Assembly: GCA_030704615.1 (NCBI GenBank)
Contig: CM060731.1
Coordinates: 27,776,001 to 27,840,000, forward strand
DNA length: 64,000 nucleotides
Reading direction: 5' to 3'
Source: Takakia lepidozioides
Taxonomy: Eukaryota > Plantae > Bryophyta
Position 1 is the first letter of the stretch; every line of letters starts with the position of its first letter. The position numbers and the translations under genes were made by a program. Under the pieces are notes generated by a model, which was not told where the DNA came from, searched no databases, and saw nothing but the letters and a program-made list of their open reading frames with translations. This document shows, piece by piece, positions 1 to 10,919 of this stretch.

Positions 1-169
1 TGCCCATGGGCACTTGTTCCATGCCAACGGGCCAGCTCAAATCTCCTCCAAGCTTACAGGCTCCTACCCTTCATTTCCATGCAAACCCCTAAAAATGCAC
101 CTATTTGTTGTACGTGGTGCTCCAAGGCTCAAGTTGGTAGAGTCACTAAGTCACTAGTGGTAAGCAAGA

Positions 170-334
170 ACTTATTTGATTTCAATAATGGTACGTGCTG
201 GTACAATCCTCTTGAAATAGTGGTAAGTTGCAAGCTCTCCCTTCGCTCTCACACTTTAGTGGAGTTCAATAATGATAGTGCTCAATAGTGCAGGTACGCT
301 AATACATGGCTCTTGAAATAGTGGTAAGCTGTAA
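170..334. repeat. Degenerate tandem repeat (ctctcacactttagtggagttcaataatgatagtgctc...) that is the Gypsy insertion target; continues at 9923-10130
   Basis: The same unit occurs on both sides of the element. Confidence 0.75.
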
Positions 335-522
335 TGTCGTGCGCATACATATCGCTACACAACTACATCGCTGTCCAAAACCACACAACACATGTGCACA
401 CCACACACTAGTATACCACTAGTCCACCACTAGTCCAGCCACTAGTCCAACCACTAGGCTACAACTAGTCAGTCACTAGGCTGCCACTATGCTGTCCACT
501 ATGGTAGTCACTAGTCCACACA
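335..522 (-). repeat. Terminal repeat B2 (188 bp, 3' terminus of element)
   Basis: Near-identical to 853-1040. Confidence 0.95.
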
Positions 523-523
523 A

Positions 524-850
524 TGATAAAGAAGAGGAATACAAGCACAAGCTCATGCGAGCTCACAAATCTGAAGCATAAACTCATGCATATATAACCT
601 CATCACTCAAATACAAGTCAAGCCAAGTGCACCCCACGCCATGGGGAATCCACACTACGGCGCCATAGCTAGGCGCGGCGAGGCTCAACTCGAGAAAGAT
701 GAGCCTCCCGCGCTTGCCGTGAAGATAACCACTCCACGGCCTAAATCTGCCTTGACCCCTGGATTGACACTTGGGCCAATCCCAAATGTCAATATGTAAA
801 AGTTAGCTATTTCCTAGCTAGTTTCACACTAGTGGTAAAATAACTTGACA
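524..850 (-). repeat. Terminal repeat A2 (327 bp)
   Basis: Near-identical to 9596-9922. Confidence 0.95.
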
Positions 851-852
851 GC

Positions 853-1040
853 TGTCGTGCGCATACATATCGCTACACAACTACATCGTTGTCCAAAACC
901 ACACAACACATGTGCACACCACACACTAGTATACCACTAGTCCACCACTAGTCCAACCACTAGTCCAACCACTAGGCTACAACTAGTCAGTCACTAGGCT
1001 GCCACTATGCTGCCCACTATGGCAGTCACTAGTCCACACA
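853..1040 (-). repeat. Terminal repeat B1 (188 bp, PPT-adjacent, U3-like; rich in CCACTAG motifs)
   Basis: Direct repeat of 335-522 with about 4 substitutions; begins TGTGTGG on minus strand right after the purine tract. Confidence 0.95.
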
Positions 1041-1052
1041 ATCGCCCCCATA
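1041..1052 (-). promoter_or_regulatory. Polypurine tract of the Gypsy element
   Basis: Minus strand TATGGGGGCGAT directly before TG of repeat B1. Confidence 0.7.
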
Positions 1053-1300
1053 GCTGGTGCTTAGGTTCCTCTAAGTCCAGGTAGCCACAAGATGTGATAG
1101 TGACCATAGCATCACTAAGTTTTCCACCACTATCCCTACTACACTCAAACTCGATAGATCAAGAGGCCGGGTGCAAGAGTTGCCCCATCATTAGTCGCCG
1201 TCTTGCAACCTGTGAACTTGAGCTTGGGATCTCATGTATTGACTTCTATGAGCTTGGCCTCCCATGTCTTATTAGCTGCCTCCAGTCATGTCCACTGCCA

Positions 1301-1445
1301 CTATCCCAAGCAGTGTGGACACAACCAATCTCCGTCAGGAACTTTATCAAGAGGTGGTGTCAAGCATCCCATATGTCAACCCCTTGAGCATCGATCACAC
1401 ACCAGCATGGTGGCTGCCCCTTTGGCAGACCCACAGAGCATGCAC
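1301..1445 (-). pseudogene. C-terminal PHD finger of the pol polyprotein
   Basis: CMLC...CDRCSRG*HMGC...WLCPHC = C4HC3; one TGG>TGA stop. Confidence 0.9.
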
Positions 1446-1459
1446 CTCAAACTTGCAGG

Positions 1460-2721
1460 TACCACTGCCAAGTTTGGGTCAACTCTGCCATCGACATTGG
1501 GAAGGTGACATGGCGCACAATTACGCACATAGTCCTTCCAAGTCATGCCATCCCGACCCTCCAAGATCAGGACCCCTGAGGGCAACACCTCTTGAACCCT
1601 CAGAATAACACGCCCTGCAGTAACATTCAGAGTCATAGGAGCAATCTGTTGAAATAAACATAGTCACCAGGGCTAAACCTCCAAACCCCAGGACGATATC
1701 CTCCACCACGTATAGTGACATACCTCAACGTATCATGGTGCTGCGCAATGGCAAGGTTCTCAAAAGCCTTGGGCATGACTTTCTTGAACAACTCTGCATG
1801 CTGATCACATGCACGTACCCATACGTCCGGATCAACAAGGTTAAGGACTTGAGCAGTGTCCCTACGAATGGCTGCAGGCAAATCCGGCTCTCGGCCAAAG
1901 AGAAGGAAATATGGTGAGAAGGAGGCAAGTGATGCTTGTTTGCTGAACCTGTAGCCCATGGCTAACCAAGGAACCTGAAGATCCCAATCTCCTAGGTGTC
2001 CCTTCAAGCCATACTTGCGCAAACCCCTCTTCACCGTCTAAACAACTCTCTCTGCCAAGCCATCGGCCTCAGGATGATCCCGAGAAGTGGTGCGGTGGTC
2101 TATCAAGGCTTTATCACACAAAGCCTGAAACTCCCCCAAGAACTCTCTCCCTTGGTCCGTGAGTACCTCAGCTGGAGCACCAAATCGGCTAAGCACACGA
2201 TCCAAGAATGCATACGCAGACCCCTCACTAGCCTTGTCAGGCAATGGAACCAACTCAATCCACTTGGAGAAGTGCTCCACCATCACCAACACATATCTAT
2301 GGTGGCGCATAGTCAGTGGCAACGGTCCTGCGAAGTCAAGACTCCACCTGTAGCCCAATCCCATGATTGGTAACGGATGCAATTGTGGTGTAGGGGTGTT
2401 GAATGAAGCACGCACCCTGTCACACACCATGCACCTAGCCACGAACTGTTGCACCTCTGTATGCATACCACGCCACCAATACTGCCCCTGCAGTAAACTT
2501 TGAGTGCGTCGCACTCCAAAATGCCCCAACTCCTTATGGGCATGCCGCACTAACCGTGCACGCTGTGTGGGGTGAGGCACAATCCTCACCCGACCATCCT
2601 CCCACACTCGAAGTAGGTGTATCCCCTCCCACTTGAACCTCTTGGCTCGTTGCAAGATCCGATCCCTCTCCCTGGCAGTCACAGTGGCTGCCGTGTCTCC
2701 CGTGCGGAGGTAGTCCAACAC
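1460..2721 (-). pseudogene. DDE integrase (HHCC zinc domain and rve core)
   Basis: HAHKELGHFG...CMVC; SLDFAGP, TDQGREF, DGLAER. Confidence 0.95.
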
Positions 2722-2929
2722 AGCCGAATCTCTCTGGCACCACCTGGCTCATCACTAGCCTCAGGGTCTTCAGACACTTCATCTACAGTCATCCCTGTTG
2801 TAGGTCCAACCTGACCTCCCGATGCCAAGATACACAAAAATGCAGATGCGTGCCATCCCGGCACCATCTCCTCGTCCGTCTCACCATGCCACCGAGCTCC
2901 AATGTCATCCTCCTGGCTCATGCATGGAT

Positions 2930-3488
2930 TGCGACTCAATCCATCCGCATCTCAATTGACCAAACCCGATCGATGCACAACCTGAAAGTCATACTCCTGG
3001 AGTATGAGTGCCCACCGTGCAAGCTTCCCCGTAAGCTTGTCTGACTCCATCAACCACTTGAGTGGCTGGTGATCCGTGACAATGATGAAAAGATAGCCGT
3101 ATAGATAGCACCTGAAGTGTGCCATGGCCCACACTGCAGCTAAGCACTCTCCCTCATATGAGCTGTACTTAGCCTCTGCAGCGTTGTTCGAGCGGCTAGC
3201 ATAAGCCACTACGAACTCTCTTCCCTCATCATCCACCTATGTGAGCACCGCTCCAAGCCCCAGCATGCTCCAATCCGTATGCAGTTGAAAGGGACGCCCC
3301 CTGATAGGTCGTCTCAGGATAGGCGTCGAGGTCAACCTCGCCTTGAGCTCTTGAAAAGCTCGTTCCTGCTCATCTTCCCACTGCCACTCCTGGTCCACCT
3401 TGGTCAGCTTGGTTAGAGCCTTTGCAATGGTACTAAATCCCTTAACAAACCGTCTATAATAGTTTGCCAACCCAATGAAAGCTCGAAC
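2930..3488 (-). pseudogene. RT connection and RNase H
   Basis: FIGLANYYRRFV, LHTDWS, YSSYEGECLA, TDHQPLKWL. Confidence 0.95.
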
Positions 3489-4262
3489 TTGGCTCACATC
3501 CGTGGGGCGTGGAATTTGTGCAATGGCCTCTACCTTAGTCTATTGTACCCCCAATCCTCCAGGATATATCATGTGACCCAGATACTCAATCTGATTGTGG
3601 AAAAACTTGCACTTCCCCGGATGCAACTTCAATCCGTGCGCTCTCAAGTGCTCCAATACCACCTAAAGGTGTCTCTCATGCTCCTCCATCGTAACACTAA
3701 AGATGATGATGTCATCTATGTAGCACCGAGCAAAATCCACCCCTGCTAGAATCCTATCCATGACTCTCTGAAACTCTGCAGAAGCATTCTTAAGCCCAAA
3801 TGGTAAGAACCGCCACTGATATAGGCAATCCTTGCCGTGCTCATTGATCCCCCAAAATGCCGTCTTCTGCTTGTCCGCCTCCTTGATTGGCAACTGGTGA
3901 TATCCGGATCGTAAGTCCAAAGTACTTAAGACCTTAGCATGCCCGATGGCATCAAAGATCTCCTCTGGTGTTGGCATGGCATACTTATCGGACTTGGTCT
4001 GACGATTTATAGGCCGGTAATCACCGCACATACGTCTCTCCGTCCAATTGCCATAGACATCCTTCTTGGCTGGCATCAATGTGGCTGAAGCATACTCTCC
4101 ACCAGAGAGCTCCACCAAACCTGCCTCCCAAAGATCTTGAGTCCTCATCTGAATCAAAGACCTCTCCATGTCACTGTATCTATAGGGTCTCCGAAAGATT
4201 GGTGTGTCAGTGGCCAACTCAATACGGATCTCTTGACCCTTCAGTGCTCTCAAGTCCTTCAA
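3489..4262 (-). pseudogene. Gypsy reverse transcriptase
   Basis: RMCGDYRPIN, LDLRSGYHQ, LPFGLKNA and YIDD motifs. Confidence 0.97.
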
Positions 4263-4719
4263 ACTGAAGGCAAAGCAATTCCTGTAAGCCCTCAGGAACC
4301 GCCGTATATGTCGTCTCTCTCCTCCGGTGACAATGGGTCCAACATCAGGCTCCCAATTGTCCTCCGTAACTGCAACCTTAAGTCTAGTGGGCTTAGAGGT
4401 AGAGGACGCGTCCAGTGGTTGCTATGTTGCAACCTCTTGAGCAGTACTCCCTACCTGCTCAGTCAGTGACAAGGCCTCATCCTGCCCCATCATCTCATCC
4501 TCAAAGACTTCCTCCACCCGAGAAAAATCCCCAACCTCATCTTTCATCGCCACCTTGGCTGCCAACTCCCTCTTAACCTCGAGCACCTCCCACGTGTGCC
4601 ATGGATGCCTACACCCCGTGGTCCTCACATGCTCGCCCCCACTCACTACATGTATCGTCTCGGTAGGCAGAGAGACCATCAAGGGAAGTGTACTCCGCAC
4701 TCTGCGTTGCTCAGCCATA

Positions 4720-5690
4720 GCCAAGCTGATAATCCAGATCAAGCAATTGAGATCCATTGCTTGCCCCAACACTTGACGACGTGATGCCTCATAAAGAGAC
4801 GACACCGCCGTGGTACCAGTGGTAAAACCCATTGCCCGCTCACGCTCGTCAGCATTAGGCTCCACTAACTGCTGCAACTGAGCATCCCGCATGAGGCCAG
4901 GTCCACTATCCCGGAAAGCATGCGATCATGGGAAGCTGAGCAGTGTAGGTAATGCTGCTCGTGGTTGACCCACCTTGTTGACCACTACCAAAGGCGAATA
5001 ATCATCGTGTCTCACACGCTGAGACTGCCTCCCTGTGTCCAGAATGTTATCCACTGTGAGATGTGCTTGGTCGCTGCACCCCATCAAATGCACGCTTGAG
5101 CAGTGCGGATGGCATCAAGTTAGTCCACCATAGCCATGGACGATGAGCCCGTGACCCCACTGTAGCTGCATCTAGCAACACTGCTGACCCAAGCCACGAC
5201 CGGACTTGATGCACACTGGCCATCACCCTGGCCCGAGAATCGCCCATCAGTGGCACATTCTCCAAGATGTATGTTGGAGATACAGCTTGATGAAGCTGCA
5301 AGTGGCACAAAACCCGCACCATCTCCCAAAACAGACTCGACCTCGAGTCTCGCAATCCATTGTCATGCCCGGCTCATGAATGCCCTTGGCAGGGCCAACC
5401 TGCCACTACCAGATCAATGGAGCCAACCCGCTCCAAATCCTGCGCCCCCAACAACGAAATGTCTGCTGGCAAGGCCTGCTGATATCCACGAATTGCAGAC
5501 ACCAACAACAACTCAGGGTACCGCTGTACCAACTGAACAATATGGCGAAGTAAAACGCGTCGTGCAGTCTCATCCCTCTCCACATACAGGTAATGCCGAA
5601 CTCGTACACCTGCCTATAACACAACAGCCAATCCGGTGCTGATCCCGCCAAACAAGTCCAGAAGACAAATGCCTTCATCCGGATACTGCC
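4720..5690 (-). pseudogene. Retrotransposon-embedded cytosine-5 DNA methyltransferase domain (DNMT3-like, canonical motif order)
   Basis: Motif I LLDLFGGI (~5641-5673), II YVERDE, IV AGWPCQG (~5383-5400), SSLFWEM, VI LENV (~5255), VIII AHRPWLWWTN (~5120-5146), X LGQAMD (~4753-4770); no introns. Confidence 0.92.
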
Positions 5691-6032
5691 ACACAATAGG
5701 TGTGGTGTCCAATGGAGACAACTGAGGTGGTCCTGGTGCAATCCCCGCACTCTCCTCATCTCCTGACGGTACAAAAGCCTCCACCCAGGCTTGTTGCACC
5801 CGTCGATCAGCATCCCGCTGCAAATCCTTGCACGTGCCCCACAATGGAGTCTGAGCAACCATGGTAGGCAACTCCGTCATACCATACATGTCATCCTGCT
5901 CTCCCGGAGGTGGCACATCTTTTGAATGAGCGTTGCCCTCAAGCAACTCTCTAGGCCAACTCACTGCCGCTGTGAATGCTGCTAGTGTCGGCATCTTGCC
6001 TCGCTGGGCAACTGCAACTCCTCCTATGAACG

Positions 6033-7136
6033 TCACTGGGAGTTGCACACGCCGGCCCTCCCCTGACTGCCATGCAGGCCTATAGGAAGCTGACTCTTCC
6101 CAAAATCCAGGGTGAAGCCCATGGGGTACAACACTGCCCCACCAACCAAGACATCGTATGAGACCGCGTCTGTCACAATGGCCTTGGCTTGCATCACTGA
6201 GCCATCTGTAGCGTGATCCGGCCGTAGTCTGATAGCCAACTCACGTCGTGTCATGCCCCGAGCCTGCTCCAATCCTCCCAGAGACGTATGTATCTGGAAA
6301 CGACAAGGCTCCATATCTGCCTCCGTGAGGCCCAAGCCTGCAATAGCAGCTCTGCCCAGCATCAATGGCTGAGCTCCCGAGTCCAACAAGACCCGCAGTG
6401 GCCGGTACCTGTTGCCTGCCGGTCCACTCAAACAGAAAATGCCATCCTGGTTGTCTAACATGACAACTCCAGGTGTCATCATGGCGCGCTCAATGGCTGG
6501 CCTAGCTGGCAGCTCCATCAACCTGGCAGCTGCAGCTTGCCATGGCGCCGCCGTGGCAGTCTTGACCCTCAAATCCGAGGATCCCTCCGGCACTACACCT
6601 CCCACTATCTCCGCAGAAGATGAAGTAACATCCCCACTCTCACAGAGTGTAGCTGCTAGCCTGAACACCACAGCTGGTCTTACCCCCGGCGTCACAATCA
6701 TGGTAGCCGAGAACAATGGAGCCTGGCACACAGATGTGGCCGCTCCTAGCAGCACACTAGCTGCCGTAGCCTTGGCAACACTAGGGAGTGGTGCTACCCG
6801 TGTAGCTCTCCCCAATGGCATAGTAACCTCCGCCTCGGTAACAGTCGGGCGAGAACTAGGTGCCATGGATGGCGTCGACACTGTCTCCGCCAATGTGAAT
6901 GACTGAGGAAGCCTAGCCTGACGGCTTGCCTCCCCACGCTGTGGATCCAACTCCACCTCTGCACCTTGTGGCTCAGGAACTCGTGCTGCTCCTCGAGTCA
7001 CGGCTGCAGCAAACTCCACTTGCACTAGTGGTAGTGCTGCTCCACACATGAATCCCATACCTCCCACATCTCCTCCCTCAGGAGCAGGAGGTGGACCATC
7101 CGGCCTTAGAGCCGGTACCACCTGAGCTGTAGCCAT
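6033..7136 (-). pseudogene. Gag-pol linker and aspartic protease
   Basis: VLLDSGA active site and downstream DVLVG motif. Confidence 0.9.
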
Positions 7137-7139
7137 TGC

Positions 7140-8600
7140 AGCAAGCCTCTTCTAGCTGTTGAAGCCGGTTGGCCATGCCTTGGTCAACACCCCTGACCTC
7201 CGCGTCCTTGGCCATGTTGAGCTTGCCCTTGGCCTGCACCTCGTGGCTGGCCACCTTGTCCTCTCTGGGCTGCTCCACCTCGTCCTCGGCCACCATTATT
7301 CTCTTGGAACTGGCCTGGGCGCAACTCAGGATGCAAACCATAACACTAGGCCTCTCCATGCCCGTGCTTGCCACAATGCCCACACTGCAACTGTGTAGGC
7401 TGTGCATGTGCCGGCCCTTTGCCTCCCTCTGGGCAATCCTTCTTGACATGGGGTCCTCCACATGTCCAGCACACCACATCCGCCCGTTGTTGGCTAGCAA
7501 ATGAAAGGAGAGACCCCTGCATCTGAGGTCATCTCTGCCCTTCCCTGAGCTTCACCTGAGCCCCTTTGTTGCTCTATCCACTCTGCCAGCAAAAACACAT
7601 TTGCTAAGGTGGGTTGGGCCGCTTGTATGAGAGTTGCATCCCGCACCCTTCTCCTCAGCTCCTTGTCCAATATCCCATACCAAAATTGGACTGCCTGAGC
7701 TTCCGTAACCTCTTGAGTTACATTTATCAAGTGCCTCATGCGAGTGAAAGCCTCCCTCAAGCTCTCGGTCGGCTTCCGTTGGAACTCTTGCAAGCTCCGC
7801 AACTTCTCTGTCCTCACCCCTTGGTAGTTCCCTCTCAACTCTTCGAAGAACTCCACAACGGGGTTGAAGGCAAGCACGGGTACTAATGCTGGTGCGGTAG
7901 TGGCTTGGTTGGATGTCGTAGCTATTGTACCACCAGTCCCACTAGTCCCACTGCTACTTGCTGAAGCTGTCGGTGCAGCGGCAGGTGTAGCCACTGCCCT
8001 CGTGGCTCTAGTGCCCCTAGTGATGGAGACATAGTCGGGGGACCAGTACATCCTCCACTCCTCGATCTCAACCTCATGCCCCCACCTGAACTCATGGTAA
8101 TCATCCATAGGCGGCCCCTCAAGGTGTTGAAACAGCCCTTTCCATGCCATGAAAGGCGTAAATAGTTGTGGATTGCGCATTTGCTGCAAATCACACCAAC
8201 TATCAAACTCTTGGATAAAATCATCCAACCCGATGGTGCCCACCGCCCCAGAGTACCTTCGTGGCCCCTTGGTAGCTCCATACATCTCCTCCATTGTGTC
8301 CCACAACAATGGCAAAGAAACAACTTGCACCGCCGGTATGAGTCATCCTGATTCACAATCCGAATCAGAACCTTCCGTAGAAGACACAAGAGGTGAAGGT
8401 GGCCTAAACCACACACCTCGTCTCGTGTACCCACTAGTATCGCTAGTGCTCGAACCGGCACTGTCCCCAGCAACTAGTGGTACCTCCGTGTTGACACTCA
8501 ACCGGTCATGAACATGTCCCTAATCCCCTCTCCACAAGGTAACCGGGTAGAGAACCTGTTGCGGCTTATGGTTTGGAATACTAAGTTTCTAACATAGCCT
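7140..8600 (-). pseudogene. Gypsy gag with two CCHC zinc knuckles (frameshifted)
   Basis: ORF 7494-8330 resembles a retrotransposon gag (FQRKPTESLREAFTRM); alternative frame gives CWTCGGPHVKKDC and CGHCGKHGHGEA*C; 5' boundary approximate. Confidence 0.8.
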
Positions 8601-9579
8601 ACACCTGTACCTACATCCACCGCAAGCACTCCTACGGTTGGCTGGTCATCACCTCCAACCTCACCACAGGAGAAACAATGATGGTCTGGCTGGTCATCAC
8701 CCCAGCCTCACCATCGACAGCATGCTCTTGGACTAGCCGGTAATCAAATCCGGACCAATCACCTATAAAAACAAGCGCCCACACAAAACTAGCATGGCGC
8801 ACAGTCAAGCATGCAGGTATGGAGGGGATCCAAACACAAGAAATCAAAACGACAACTCCCCCACACCAAAAACAACTCCACGGTGTTGCTCCTGCAAGGG
8901 CACCCCAGCCCAAACCCGGACTGACTCTTGCCTCCACCTATGGAAAGGTCTTGGCCTAATGAGAGGGTGAAAACTACGAGGAAGAGAAGCTAAAGCAATG
9001 CCTAACCCCAGCATGCCCTCATCCCAACACTCTTCATCTCCTCTCTTCCCTCACTTACATGACCATGGGAATATCATGAAGATACTCCTCAAACCGTCCT
9101 CCACGAGCTTGAAAATTCGGCCTTCAAGACCATATGCCAGTCCTTATGAAGTCCACCAGTGCCTCCACGAGTCAGCACAGGCCGTCCACAGGTCAACACG
9201 GGCCACCACAGACCAGCACAGGCCCACACAGCTCACTGGTCACAGCCGTCACAGCCCCACACAGGCCACAGGTGGCAAATCTGAGAACCAAATCTCAGGT
9301 TAATCTACTCTTGACTGGTCCTCTTCCCAATCGTGCTTGCTCATGCATGTACACAATCTGAAACCATTAAGGTGCTCTGGAATTACCTGTTATATGGTGC
9401 TTTCATCTCTGAAGCTGAAGATCGAATGCCAAGGTCTACCACCTCGTAACCCACATCGCCTCCGCTTCTAACAACCAAGAGCTCCATGGTTCTCCTTGCA
9501 TAACAACTTGGTTTCTCTCATTCTCAAGCAAAAACCACAAGTGCTATAACTAACTCGTATCTGGCACTCACAGATACGA

Positions 9580-9596
9580 GCTCATCTTTCTCGAGT
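9580..9596 (-). promoter_or_regulatory. Self-priming primer-binding site (complementary to 9760-9776 inside repeat A1)
   Basis: gctcatctttctcgagt is the exact 17-nt reverse complement of actcgagaaagatgagc; no TGG tRNA-type PBS; perfect 10-bp stem-loop immediately adjacent (9554-9580). Confidence 0.8.
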
Positions 9597-9922
9597 GATA
9601 AAGAAGAGGAATACAAGCATAAGCTCATGCGAGCTCACAAATCTGAGGCATAAACTCATGCATACATAACCTCATCACTCAAATACAAGTCAAGCCAAGT
9701 GCACCCCACGCCATAGGGAATCCACACTACGGCGCCATAGCTAGGCGCGGTGAGGCTCAACTCGAGAAAGATGAGCCTCCCGCGCTTGCCGTGAAGATAA
9801 CCACTCCAAGGCCTAAATCTGCCTTGACCCCTGGATTGACACTTGGGCCAATCCCAAATGTCAATATGTAAAAGCTAGCTATTTCCTAGCTAGTTTCACA
9901 CTAGTGGTAAAATAACTTGACA
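9596..9922 (-). repeat. Terminal repeat A1 (327 bp, 5' end of element; TG...CA on minus strand)
   Basis: Direct repeat of 524-850 with about 7 substitutions counted by eye. Confidence 0.95.
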
Positions 9923-10919
9923 GTAAGCTCTCCCTTCGCTGTCACACTTTAGTGGAGTTCAATATTGATAGCTCTCCCTCCGCTCTCACACTTTAGTGGA
10001 GTTCAATATTGATAGTGCTCAATAGTGCAGGTACGCTAGTACATGGCTCTTGAAATAGACTTGGTAAGGTGCATTGAAGCTCTTCTTTTGCTCTCACACC
10101 TTAATGGAGTTCAATAATGATAGTGCTCATAGATTCGGATTTGTAGGAAGTTATTTCTGCCACATATATTTGTATTGATTTTTGTTCAATGAAATTTTCA
10201 TCTTATTACAAGCAACATGAGAAAAGGCTTGAAAGTTTTTTTGCTGGAATTTTTAGGCATTAGGCACTTTGGTCCCATAATTCCATACAATTAGGCCAAA
10301 ATTTGAATTCCCAAAACGCGTTAGGCACTTTCAATTTGAACTACAAGCCGTCATCTCTCCCTCTCATTGACACACCCTAGTGAACCCATCACAAAAGTAG
10401 TGACTGTTCTGCCCAAACTGTGTCTATGGCCACAAGGCTATGGCAAAAAAACGTCTTATGAGTAAGCCCTCTACTTCAAGGTAATTACCGTGGAGACAAA
10501 CAAAGGCCAACCTAGTGGACACTTTGCGCTGAGAAAAAGGGTTTTAATTTTTTTCCCTTGAATAATCTTAATAAAGTTCTCAAGAGGCGCTACCTCCCTT
10601 TTCGTTTTGTTTTTCAAAAAAAGTAAAAGAATGTTGGTCCATGGCCAAGAGTTTCAGAAGCTGAAATAGTTGAGCGCTAGGCTGGCGCGGGCTGGTCCGT
10701 CACCTAAGTGTCCCCAATATACAAAGGGAAAAGTCGCTGGTTGTCATAAACAAATACAAAATATCTTTGTGAGAACAACCCAACTGCGCACAGATTACCT
10801 CGATAGCCGTGGATCTCTAATCATGCGATACCAGCCACAAGCCAAGGTTATAGTAAAGAAACCAAAAGTTTTCAGATCAAAATTGTCAGTTTTCTAAGTC
10901 GGTTAACTGCTTGTAAACA

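Larger units (their letters stand above)
335..9922 (-). mobile_element. Ty3/Gypsy LTR retrotransposon (gag-PR-DNMT-RT-RNaseH-INT-PHD) with split/permuted terminal repeats; inactivated by stops/frameshifts
   Basis: Termini TGTC...GACA; 4-bp TSD GTAA (331-334, 9923-9926) interrupting a flanking tandem repeat; PR-RT-RH-INT order is the Gypsy order. Confidence 0.95.

Noticed and set aside
4720-5690. Host DNMT gene or bacterial restriction-modification contamination
   Set aside because: It is intronless, embedded between PR and RT inside TSD-bounded repeats, and has no neighbouring endonuclease or bacterial genes
6412-6906. Antisense ORFs overlapping gag-pol (and similar ones over the PPR, kinase and hAT genes)
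   Set aside because: Shadow frames of GC-rich coding sequence
335-9922. Classification as DIRS/PAT/Ngaro because of split repeats
   Set aside because: It encodes an aspartic protease and a DDE integrase, has a TSD, and no tyrosine-recombinase motifs were seen
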